From Hormoscilla sp. (lineage in GTDB: Bacteria; Cyanobacteriota; Cyanobacteriia; Cyanobacteriales; Desertifilaceae): 37,925 bases of DNA. The stretch lies in the NCBI GenBank assembly GCA_051439505.1, contig JBFRWI010000019.1:1-37925 (forward strand), written 5' to 3'. The translations under genes were made by a program, and so were the position numbers. Below the pieces are notes generated by a model. That model saw only the letters and a list, made by a program, of their open reading frames with translations. It was not told where the DNA came from and did no database searches. Of this stretch, positions 26,843 to 35,746 are shown in pieces; within the stretch, counting starts at the first letter, position 1, and every line of letters starts with the position of its first letter.

Positions 26843-29800
26843 CTAGATGAAAGTGAAATCATCTTCAGTAATAACTACAGGTTGCACCCCAATCAATTCA
26901 GCAATTACCTGATTTGAACTTTCGATCGCAATCAGAGTATTGCCGATGCTGCTGCCAGTACCAGCAGTAACATCCAGATCCGAGAAAATCAGACCACCGC
27001 TTACCTGTAGCACGTCTTCACCATCGACAAAACCTTCAATGGCAACTGTTTGACTGCTACTCAAGGAGAAGGTATCTCCGATGCCAGGAGTACCTGTCAG
27101 TATATCAGCAGGGCGGACATCAAAGTTTGCCCTTACCGACGAACTGAAGCTGTTACCGACGTTACCAAAGTTAACTCCCGTCCTGTTTTGGCCTGCCAGT
27201 AGGGTTATGGTGGGATTACCTGTAGTTTGTAGGAAACCTGGTTGCTGTATTTCCCTCACGTTGTAGGTACCTGCCAACAGGCCGCCGAAGGAGTAGCTCC
27301 CATTTGCTCCGGTTACTACCGATACTTCGTTGTTGTCCAGGACACCATTGTTGTTCGTATCGAAGAATATAGTCCATCCTGCCAGTCCTTGTTCCCCTGC
27401 ATCCCGAACGCCATCTCGGTCCGTATCTAAAAACTTCACACCACTGATACTTCCTGAACTCTCCCCAGCACCCCCAGCACTTTCAACTATTACACTTACT
27501 GTCGCTGTGGAAGTATCCTGTCCGTCACTAATGGTGTAGACGAAGCTGTCGATGCCAGTGAAGCCAAACTGGGGCGTGTATACCAGAGTGTTGTCGATTT
27601 GACTTATTGTTCCACCAAATGCCGTACTGACGGGGAAGTTGCTAATCGCGATCGCGTCGCCATCTGGGTCAAAATCGTTGTCTAACACAAATATGCTGAG
27701 TGAGATATTCTCTGTCGTAACAGCAAAGTCATCAAGAGCGATCGGGGCTGAGTTGACAGCTGAGTTTGCAGACTCTACAGTCACTGTTACGGTAGCACTG
27801 TCCGTACTACCATTCTCATCCGCGAGCGTGTAACTGAAGCTGTCAGTACCAGTGAAACCAAAAGCGGGCGTGTACAATATCGCGTTATCGTTGAAGCTAG
27901 CAGACCCGCCAAATTCTGTGGGTGACGAAATACCTTCAAGGAATAATTGGTCCTCATCTGGGTCAAAATCATTGTTAAACGCAGGTATACTGACCGAGAT
28001 GTTTTGAGCTGTAGTAGCAAAGTCATCAAGTGCGATCGGGGGTTGGTTTGCAGACTCTATAGTCACTGTTACGGTAGCACTGTCCGTACCACCATTTCCA
28101 TCAGCGATTGTATAGCTGAAGCTGTCAGTACCAGTGAAGCCAAAATCTGGGTTGTACACTACAGCGTTACCGCTGATGCTAACAGACCCAACAAATGTAT
28201 TGACGGGGAAGTTGCTAATTGCGATCGCGTCGCCATCTGGGTCAAAATCGTTGTCTAACACAAATATGTTGACCGAGCTGTTTTCCTCTGTGGAAGTAAA
28301 GTCATCATTTGCGATCGGGGCTGTGTTTCTAGACTCTACGGTCACAGTTACAGTAGCACTGTCCGTACTACCACTCCCACCACTGATCGTATAACTGAAG
28401 CTGTCCGTACCAGCGAAGCCATTTGCTGGCGTGTATGCTATAGTACCACCGTTGAGGCTAACCAACCCGCCAAATTCTGTACTTGACGGAATGCCTTGAA
28501 ATGATAATGGGTTGCCAGAATCGTTTGCTAGCACATCTATGCTTACCGAGCTATTTTCCTCAGTTGTAGCAACGTCATCAACTGCGATCGGGGGTTGGTT
28601 TGGTTGGTTTGGTGGTGCAAACTCATTCGCCGTACCTATCAACCTCAGTTCAGCAAAGTCCAGAGTTCCCGTCTCTCCACTATTGAGATCTGAAACTCGT
28701 AAAGTCCACCTTCCGACAGAAGACTCTCCCCAATGACGCGCCGAAGTAAATGTCCAATTGATGTCGGGATTCTCATCAGGGCGTTCTTCCGCTAAAATCG
28801 ATTCTGTACCATCAGGAGAAACCAGAGCTATTTCCCAGTCACCTCGTCGAGGATGCGTCCCCTCAAAAACTACTTCTGCCCATTCTACCTGAATATCACT
28901 ATTGATAGTTACTGCCCTAGAAACTCCTCCAATATTATCATCAGGGACTGCCAACCCCCCTGTAAACTCTTTCGCAATCACTATCTCGGGAGCTACCGGC
29001 GTCCAATCGATCGCCGCCTGGACTGCCGCCGCTGCATCGATCAATCCAAACCCATAGAAATGGTTTACAGGGAAACCCGCGCCATTAATTACCCAGTCTG
29101 GGTTTGACCGGTCATTTTGCTCCGCCGTCTCCACTATTATATGCTGCACATCACGCCAACTCAGTTCGGGATTTGCTTCCAACATCAAAGCAATGACTCC
29201 TGAAACCAAAGGCGCTGCTGCCGATGTGCCACTAAACTTATTTGTGTAATCATTTTCAGGGCTTTCCGTAGCCACAAAACCTGTTGTCGTCACTCCTACT
29301 CCTACATCTCGACCCAAACCTTCGCTAGAAGGAGCTGATATTAGCAATGGTGCTCCCGGTTCGCTGTAGGGAGCATGGACTCCATTGTGATTGATCGCCC
29401 CTACCGCGATCGTATAACGGGAGTTAGCATAGCCATTGTAATTTACATTATCATCACCAGATTTCCCTATTCTTGATTCCCGGTTATTTCCCGCACTAAA
29501 CACATATATATTTCCTCTACCACCTCTGCCAGAATCTACTCCTGTTTGCAATGCCGTTAACGCTAAGGGATTTGGCCCTCTGAGATCGAGCCTCTCTATA
29601 GGGCTCCAACTGTTTTGATAGATATCGATTTCTTGATTCTCATGTCCTAGGGCATCAGGTACGAGCTCGTCTGAGTATCCAGAGCCAATTAACCGTAATG
29701 CTGCTATAGAACTTTGGGGAGCCGCACCAGTGACGCCAATACCATCATCCCCATTAGCCGCTGCTACCCCTGCCACTAAGGTTCCGTGATTTCGAGGTAA

Positions 29801-30712
29801 ATTTGGCGACGGATCTCCGTCTCTTTCGAGGAAGTCATTGCTCAGATTGTTGCGGTAGCGAGCTGCAATATCGGGGTGGGTAATGTCCAAACCATCATCT
29901 ACAATTCCAATCACCACATCCCTGCCCCGAACAGTTTGTGAAGGGTTCCTTGGGTTCGGAATGTCCCAAGCTGCCGTGACGTTTGCATCTACACCTGCCC
30001 TCCCGCCCGTTTGACCAGTATTGAGCAAGTGCCACTGGTCCTCAAAAAATGGGTCGTTAGGAATATAGTCTAGCACCGGCTCTATTTTCACCAGCGGATA
30101 GTATTCAATCCCATCGATGCTCTCCAACTGTTCGATGAGCGATGAATCATCCCTGATGATCTCATCCCTTGGTAACTCCACAATATACGTGTTCCGACGA
30201 TTTCTTAAACGACGGATTCTCCTGAAACCCAACAATTCTAGGAGCGAACTACCATCAGGAGTGAGAGCGTCCGGTTCCGTCTCAATCACCACCAATTCCT
30301 CCACTGAAGCCAGTTCCTCTTCAGTATACCTACTCAGGTCCGAAGCCCGTTCAATGGCCAGTTCCACATCTAAATCATCGTTGGACTCGATCGTGCGATT
30401 TTCTTCTGGATCTACCGGTGTCGAGGTAATAAAGTTGCTTGGGCGCAGTTGCTCTTTGGTAATTCCGCCCAAACCCAATCGGCCAAAATCTCCTTGCAGG
30501 ATCACGGCGTTTCGTCCACGTGGTATGGCCCGATCGATCAACTCTTGGGCGTCAATATTGCCGAAAGCACTCAGATCGATCCTATCTTCCCTACCAAACC
30601 TCAAGACTCTATCTACGTCGCGCCGCGAACCACTTTCAACAATGACCGTATTCACTTCACCTCGATTCAGTCTCACCCTTTCATTGCCTGTTGTCAACCT
30701 AAATATTGCCAT
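26843..30712 (-). CDS. Kexin/furin-like S8 serine protease with P domain, four Ig-like repeats and an SdrD B-like domain
   Basis: Catalytic D (IVDDG), H (HGTLVAG), N (SAGN) and S (GTSAAAP); P domain ('WGESS.G.WTL.V.D'); four 'PIA.DD...GF.GTDSFSYT' repeats; 'ISG.KF.D...DG.RDAGE.GL.GWTI'. Start is ATG 30712 after GAGGT. Confidence 0.92.
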   Translation of the reverse strand: MAIFRLTTGNERVRLNRGEVNTVIVESGSRRDVDRVLRFGREDRIDLSAFGNIDAQELIDRAIPRGRNAVILQGDFGRLGLGGITKEQLRPSNFITSTPVDPEENRTIESNDDLDVELAIERASDLSRYTEEELASVEELVVIETEPDALTPDGSSLLELLGFRRIRRLRNRRNTYIVELPRDEIIRDDSSLIEQLESIDGIEYYPLVKIEPVLDYIPNDPFFEDQWHLLNTGQTGGRAGVDANVTAAWDIPNPRNPSQTVRGRDVVIGIVDDGLDITHPDIAARYRNNLSNDFLERDGDPSPNLPRNHGTLVAGVAAANGDDGIGVTGAAPQSSIAALRLIGSGYSDELVPDALGHENQEIDIYQNSWSPIERLDLRGPNPLALTALQTGVDSGRGGRGNIYVFSAGNNRESRIGKSGDDNVNYNGYANSRYTIAVGAINHNGVHAPYSEPGAPLLISAPSSEGLGRDVGVGVTTTGFVATESPENDYTNKFSGTSAAAPLVSGVIALMLEANPELSWRDVQHIIVETAEQNDRSNPDWVINGAGFPVNHFYGFGLIDAAAAVQAAIDWTPVAPEIVIAKEFTGGLAVPDDNIGGVSRAVTINSDIQVEWAEVVFEGTHPRRGDWEIALVSPDGTESILAEERPDENPDINWTFTSARHWGESSVGRWTLRVSDLNSGETGTLDFAELRLIGTANEFAPPNQPNQPPIAVDDVATTEENSSVSIDVLANDSGNPLSFQGIPSSTEFGGLVSLNGGTIAYTPANGFAGTDSFSYTISGGSGSTDSATVTVTVESRNTAPIANDDFTSTEENSSVNIFVLDNDFDPDGDAIAISNFPVNTFVGSVSISGNAVVYNPDFGFTGTDSFSYTIADGNGGTDSATVTVTIESANQPPIALDDFATTAQNISVSIPAFNNDFDPDEDQLFLEGISSPTEFGGSASFNDNAILYTPAFGFTGTDSFSYTLADENGSTDSATVTVTVESANSAVNSAPIALDDFAVTTENISLSIFVLDNDFDPDGDAIAISNFPVSTAFGGTISQIDNTLVYTPQFGFTGIDSFVYTISDGQDTSTATVSVIVESAGGAGESSGSISGVKFLDTDRDGVRDAGEQGLAGWTIFFDTNNNGVLDNNEVSVVTGANGSYSFGGLLAGTYNVREIQQPGFLQTTGNPTITLLAGQNRTGVNFGNVGNSFSSSVRANFDVRPADILTGTPGIGDTFSLSSSQTVAIEGFVDGEDVLQVSGGLIFSDLDVTAGTGSSIGNTLIAIESSNQVIAELIGVQPVVITEDDFTFI

Positions 30713-31068
30713 CACCTCTACCTCCGTTAATACCACGATCGGGGTCTGGTGCCCCTTCCCATGCCACTGTCATCTATATCGAGGATCGCCCTCTCTCCAA
30801 AAGAGCCCTGCCTGTCGCCAGCGGAGCAAATCTACCTTGTCCCTTACCTTCCCATACTTATACCATATTATGATTGAGACCGACTTTTCTGCAAATGCTT
30901 TTGTTTTTCTTAACAATTCTCGATCGAACGTTTTACCTCCGATCGCGCACTTCACCGGTCGTTTCCTTTGGCCTTAGTTCCGTTTGGGGGAACGAGTGCT
31001 CGTTGTGCTTAAGGCGCCCAGATGCAAGCTTAAGCAATTAAAAATTCCCAATTGGGAACGTTGTGCAA

Positions 31069-31098
31069 CAAAAAAAGATCGCCCTTAAAAGGCGATCG
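31069..31098 (-). terminator. Intrinsic terminator after the HAD-HisC gene
   Basis: On the minus strand, GATCGCC-TTTTAAG-GGCGATC followed by a T run. Confidence 0.65.
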
Positions 31099-31139
31099 CC
31101 TGCTTAAAAATGAACGCATCGGGGCCAGGGGATGAAAAA

Positions 31140-34001
31140 CTAGCCGATCGCGGATATCAACCCATTAAGCAATCGTTGATTTTCGGTGCGGGTGCCCACT
31201 GCTGTTCTAAAATAGTATTCATCCAATCCTGGTTTCCCACCGAAGTCAGCCACAAATATATTTTTGCTTTGCAGGGCCGCCACTAAATCCTTGGATTTGA
31301 TTCCTAGGGGTTCCGTTCTCACGAACAGAAAGTTTGTTGCTGAAGGATAGACGATGAAACCTAACTGTTGCAGTGCTTTTGCCAACTTGCCTCTTTCCCG
31401 CCGAATTTGATCCAGGTTTGCCTCCACGTAGGAGATTTCTTCTAAGGCCGCGATCGCGCCTACCAGGGCCAGTTTGCCGACGGGGAAGAGTTGGGCGGCG
31501 CGATAGAGATAATCGACAATAACTTCATTAGCAATAGCATATCCCACTCTCAGCCCTGCCAAACCGAAGCTTTTCGAGAAACTGCGCAATACAATCAGAT
31601 GGGGATATTTATCTACCAAGTCCGCTACAGTTTCCTGACAGATTTCATAGTAGCACTCATCTACTACTACCATGCATTCCGCGCGTTCGAGGATCTGAAT
31701 AATCGTCTCCCGCGCCACTAGGTTAGCAGTGGGGTTATTGGGGTTGGCGATAAATATAACCTTCGTTTGGGGCGTAACTTTCTGCAACAGCGCTTCCACA
31801 TCCAAGCCAAAATCTGCCGTTCTCTGGACAAACACTGGACGGGCATTGATAATTTCTGTGGAACTCCCGTAGACGAAAAAGGTCGGAACTGGCAGCAATA
31901 CTTCCTCTCCGGGTTGTACGAAAGTTTTCACAATCAGTTCGATCAGGTCATCGGAACCATTGCCAATGATAATCTGTTCGGGCTTCGCTTTGGTATACTT
32001 AGCTAAGGCACCTCGCAGTTCGCCCCCCAGAATATCGGGATAGCGGTTGATCGTCCGCGCTGCTGACGCGATCGCCTCTATTACGCGGCGAGAGGGCGGA
32101 TAAGGTAACTCTCCCTTATCCAGACGAATAGCATTATCTGCTTTGGGCGGTCCCGCCACCTTGGGATTTAAAGATTTAACGTGTTGGTTAACCATATCCT
32201 TCCTTTTTCCTAACCCGTTGGTCAATAAATCGGGTTCTTTTTGGGGCAATGCTGTCTTTACTTCTTCTGTTGCCGAAACTTCCTGGGTGCTTTCAGGCAA
32301 TGGTGATGAATCCTCTTGTGTGCTTTCAGGCAATGGTGATGAATCCTCTTGCGTGAGTTCGGGCAATGTTGATGACACTTCTTCTGTTGCCGAATCCTCC
32401 TGGGTGATTTCAGGCAATGGTGATGAACCCTCTTGCGTGATTTCAGGCAATGGTGATGAATCCTCTTGCGTGAGTTCGGGTAATGTTGAGGAAACTTCTT
32501 CTGTTACCGAATCCTCTTGCGTGAGTTCGGGCAATGTTGATGACACTTCTTCTGTTGCCGAATCCTCCTGGGTGATTTCGGGCAATGGTGATGAATCCTC
32601 TTGCGTGATTTCGGGCAATGGTGATGAATCCTCTTGCGTGATTTCGGGCAATGTTGAGGAAACTTCTTCTGTTACCGAATCCTCCTGGGTGATTTCAGGC
32701 AATGGTGATGAACCCTCTTGCGTGATTTCGGGCAATGTTGATGACACTTCTTCTGTTGCTGAATCCTCCTGGGTGAGTTCGGGCAATGGTGATGAATCCT
32801 CTTGCGTGATTTCGGGCAATGTTGAGGAAACTTCTTCTGTTGCTGAATCCTCTTGGGTGAGACTTCTTGACCTGTGTTCTAGCCATTCAGGCAGTTCTAC
32901 TATACTGTTGAGAATAGCATCACAGCCCAACTCTACAAACTGGCGCCGCTTATTTTCTATCGCCTCTCCGGTGGCAAAACCCGTCAGTACCCCGATCGCC
33001 ATGCATCCCGCGCCTTTAGCAGCAACCACATCGCTGGCAGCATCTCCTATATATGCAACATACTTGTGGTCTGACTGCTGATATTCGGAACTACACAAAG
33101 TTTCCATATTGATATAGGGATCCATTGCCTTTAGTACCACAAATGGATGGGGTTTGCCCAGCTTCACCCTTTCCCCCTTTTGCGACATGATCGACTCTGC
33201 TGCTAACACTTCATCATAGGTGACAATGCGCTTGGAGTCAAAATATTCTAGCAGTCCCAATACTTGCAGCGGTTCGATCGCTTCTGTCCTGGGCCTGCCG
33301 GTGGCGATCGCCAAACTATAGCGACCGTACAATTGTTTGAGGGTTGCCTCAATTTCACTTAATTCCAGTACCGTTTCATCATCTGGCAGTTGATAATCTT
33401 TTTCCCCTTCATACCATTCTTGGAAATTCCCATAGCAGAGTTGCCAGAGATCGCCTTTTTGTGCCAATGCCGGGACATTCACCCCCAAACGCCGATCGAT
33501 AAACTCCCCTAGATATTCTAGCACGGCATTGCCAGTTAGGGATTCTGTTTCCTGCCAAAATTCTGCTATTGTACCCTCGCTAATTTGGGCAGTATATCCC
33601 CGATCGCGCAGCGTGCCACCTAACTGCTGTAAATTTTCCCATATCGGGGCATTTTCGTTATCGAGGATTTCCCGCCAACCCTCTGGGTCCGCCTGATTTA
33701 ATTCAGTCAATATTCCCACTAAGTGCAGACAAAAGACAAAGAATGTCAAGTCCCAGTTAGAATTAATCGCACGACTTTTCAGTTCGTAAATAAATTCACT
33801 GGGTATCACCTGTTCTCCCATTTCTGGCAATATCTGGGACAACTCATTTACAGGACCAAAATAGTTAGTCAGACCGAGATATTCTTGACTAGACATCAGT
33901 TCCCAGACCGTCAGTCTGGCAGTATTCCAATATTTTTTCTCGCTAGTAATGACGCCATCCAGGTCAAAAATCAAAATTCTGAGTTTATCTGTATTGTCCA
34001 C
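31140..34001 (-). CDS. HAD-family hydrolase / histidinol-phosphate aminotransferase-like (PLP class I/II) fusion with an acidic repeat linker
   Basis: HAD motifs DLDGV, ATGR, KPHP and IGDAASD; HisC-like GNGSDDLI, NPNNPT, VDECY and RSFSKSFGLAGLR.G. GTG start after AAGGAG. Confidence 0.85.
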   Translation of the reverse strand: MDNTDKLRILIFDLDGVITSEKKYWNTARLTVWELMSSQEYLGLTNYFGPVNELSQILPEMGEQVIPSEFIYELKSRAINSNWDLTFFVFCLHLVGILTELNQADPEGWREILDNENAPIWENLQQLGGTLRDRGYTAQISEGTIAEFWQETESLTGNAVLEYLGEFIDRRLGVNVPALAQKGDLWQLCYGNFQEWYEGEKDYQLPDDETVLELSEIEATLKQLYGRYSLAIATGRPRTEAIEPLQVLGLLEYFDSKRIVTYDEVLAAESIMSQKGERVKLGKPHPFVVLKAMDPYINMETLCSSEYQQSDHKYVAYIGDAASDVVAAKGAGCMAIGVLTGFATGEAIENKRRQFVELGCDAILNSIVELPEWLEHRSRSLTQEDSATEEVSSTLPEITQEDSSPLPELTQEDSATEEVSSTLPEITQEGSSPLPEITQEDSVTEEVSSTLPEITQEDSSPLPEITQEDSSPLPEITQEDSATEEVSSTLPELTQEDSVTEEVSSTLPELTQEDSSPLPEITQEGSSPLPEITQEDSATEEVSSTLPELTQEDSSPLPESTQEDSSPLPESTQEVSATEEVKTALPQKEPDLLTNGLGKRKDMVNQHVKSLNPKVAGPPKADNAIRLDKGELPYPPSRRVIEAIASAARTINRYPDILGGELRGALAKYTKAKPEQIIIGNGSDDLIELIVKTFVQPGEEVLLPVPTFFVYGSSTEIINARPVFVQRTADFGLDVEALLQKVTPQTKVIFIANPNNPTANLVARETIIQILERAECMVVVDECYYEICQETVADLVDKYPHLIVLRSFSKSFGLAGLRVGYAIANEVIVDYLYRAAQLFPVGKLALVGAIAALEEISYVEANLDQIRRERGKLAKALQQLGFIVYPSATNFLFVRTEPLGIKSKDLVAALQSKNIFVADFGGKPGLDEYYFRTAVGTRTENQRLLNGLISAIG
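32238..32858 (-). repeat. Intragenic minisatellite of 51-bp and 33-bp units
   Basis: Units A = TQEDSATEEVSSTLPE(I/L) and B = TQEDSSPLPE(I/L/S), in the order ABABABBAABBABBA'. Confidence 0.95.
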
Positions 34002-34030
34002 CTTTCTCCTTCCCTTCTCACTTTTATTTT

Positions 34031-34127
34031 CCCGTTCGTCCCCCGTTCGTCCCCCGTTCGTCCCCCGTTCGTCCCCCGTTCGTCCCCCGTTCGTCCCCCG
34101 TTCGTCCCCCGTTCGTCCCCCGTTCGT
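34031..34127. repeat. 11-bp tandem repeat (GTTCGTCCCCC), 8 full units plus a partial
   Basis: GTTCGT at 34034, 34045 and so on to 34122, at exact 11-bp spacing. Confidence 0.97.
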
Positions 34128-34137
34128 AGTAAAGACT

Positions 34138-35361
34138 TTAGTCTTTCCCCAGTTCCGTATCCAGTAAATTATTCATACTACCAGAACTGGTGCTACCCAT
34201 CTCCACAGACATGGCCAAACCTAGCAGCGTTATTTCCGGGGGGAATTTTTTGACATCACTCAGGTTCATGGTCAGGAACGGACAGCAAAACAGAGCTAAT
34301 TTCAAATATTCCCGCCAATTTTCCTCCAGCATACATCGAGATTGCAGTTCTTTTAATAGGGGTTTGAGCACTCGTTCTAGCTTCGATCGCAGCAGGGCCA
34401 CTCGCACTGGCGAGGGAACAAAATCATGTTCTACCATCATGGTATCATCTTTTATTTCCCAGCGGATCGACATCATGTCTGCCACTTCTCTAGGATAATA
34501 CATCCAGATAGCGAAGACATTGTGAAACAGAGGTTTTGCCAGGTCCAGCAAGGGCGAGTGGCGACCCGCAAATGCCGGATCGAAGTATACCAGAGAACCG
34601 CCCTCCACATCTATAAACAGGTTACCATTATGGGCGTCACCATGTCCGACGATCGAGGCCCCGTCCCATCGGGATGGTTCCAAAAGCCCGATCGCCTGCT
34701 GCACCAGATGTCCTAGAGTATGTTGATATTGTATCCCATTAATGTTCCACTGGAGTGATGCCAGACTATTATAGTTGATTTGCCCGCCTGGCAGGAATAG
34801 ATCGGTACCTTGATAGAAGTTAGCGAACCGCCCCCCCGTGAGTCTGTGGTAGAATAGCTGATGAATGGGCGATCGGGCATGTGCTGTTTTCTCCAATGGT
34901 TGCAGGGTTTGCCGATAAATGTCCCACAATTGTTCGTCAGCTTTTTCTTGTATAGATATCACCCGATCGGCATCTGTTCTGCGGTCCATTTCCAGGTCGC
35001 GGATCACATTAAACATCGAAGGCGTCTCGAAGAACTCATAAATCAATAGCTGCTTTCCCCATTCCGTGGAACTATGTATGGGTTGAATTACCGGATAACC
35101 CGCCTCGGCCATAATTGTGGAATTGTAATATTCGTTAATAATACTTTGGGGTTCCACATGGGTTTTGAAGAAATATTTTGTCCCATCTGCTGTCGTAATA
35201 TACCCATTTAGGGAGTTTAGGGATACTGCTAAGGGACGTATCTGCACCGTTTCCACCTGAAAATCCAGGTTAGCGATGATAAATTCCTTCAGCAATGCGT
35301 TGGCCGCTTCTAGGTCTACGAACTGGAGATCCTGGATCTGCTGTAATTCCCGGTCTGACAA
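34138..35361 (-). CDS. Aminoglycoside/choline-kinase-like (APH fold) phosphotransferase
   Basis: FFKT lysine, HGDAHNGN catalytic loop, YFDP metal-binding Asp. TTG start after GGGAGG. Confidence 0.75.
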   Translation of the reverse strand: MSDRELQQIQDLQFVDLEAANALLKEFIIANLDFQVETVQIRPLAVSLNSLNGYITTADGTKYFFKTHVEPQSIINEYYNSTIMAEAGYPVIQPIHSSTEWGKQLLIYEFFETPSMFNVIRDLEMDRRTDADRVISIQEKADEQLWDIYRQTLQPLEKTAHARSPIHQLFYHRLTGGRFANFYQGTDLFLPGGQINYNSLASLQWNINGIQYQHTLGHLVQQAIGLLEPSRWDGASIVGHGDAHNGNLFIDVEGGSLVYFDPAFAGRHSPLLDLAKPLFHNVFAIWMYYPREVADMMSIRWEIKDDTMMVEHDFVPSPVRVALLRSKLERVLKPLLKELQSRCMLEENWREYLKLALFCCPFLTMNLSDVKKFPPEITLLGLAMSVEMGSTSSGSMNNLLDTELGKD

Positions 35362-35517
35362 TTTTTCCTCCCGATCGATTTTATCCTAATTTACTGGCAT
35401 GTTCTGTATGCCTTCTTTTCCTATCTTAACCCTAAACCTGACTCCTGTCAACCCCCATCTCAACTTTTCCTGCTTTGCACAATTATGGCATTAGATGAAT
35501 CCTATCTTCGCTGTTAC

Positions 35518-35590
35518 ACCGCCGGGGGTGTCCCACCCCCGCGTTACCAGGCGTCCCCAGGTAACGCGGCTAAAGGTTGAAACCGACTAA
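35518..35590. repeat. REP-like element with an internal hairpin
   Basis: ACCGCCGGGGG..CCCCC resembles 4397; contains the palindrome CGCGTTACC...GGTAACGCG. Confidence 0.5.
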
Positions 35591-35645
35591 TATCATAATG
35601 CTTAAGATTATCTCAATCATGTATAACCTTCTTTACAACTATACC

Positions 35646-35720
35646 CATTGCCTCTGGTGGGCCGTGCCCACCCTACCTTTATTTTATCCATTGCCTCTGG
35701 TGGGCCGTGCCCACCCTACA
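35646..35720. repeat. Tandem pair of GTAG-type REP units
   Basis: CCATTGCCTCTGGTGGGCCGTGCCCACCCTAC occurs twice, just downstream of the oxygenase stop. Confidence 0.8.
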
Positions 35721-35746
35721 TTTTCCTTCTGGTGGTTGGATCTTAC

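Noticed and set aside
30117..30977. 286-aa + strand ORF
   Set aside because: Mostly antisense to the S8 protease N-terminus; Ser-rich with no motifs.
32143..33081. 312-aa + strand ORF with SGNGDESSCV repeats
   Set aside because: Antisense reading of the linker minisatellite; the minus strand carries clear enzyme motifs.
33723..34253. ORFs with VPRSSPVRPPF repeats
   Set aside because: Translation of the 11-bp tandem repeat, overlapping real genes on the other strand.
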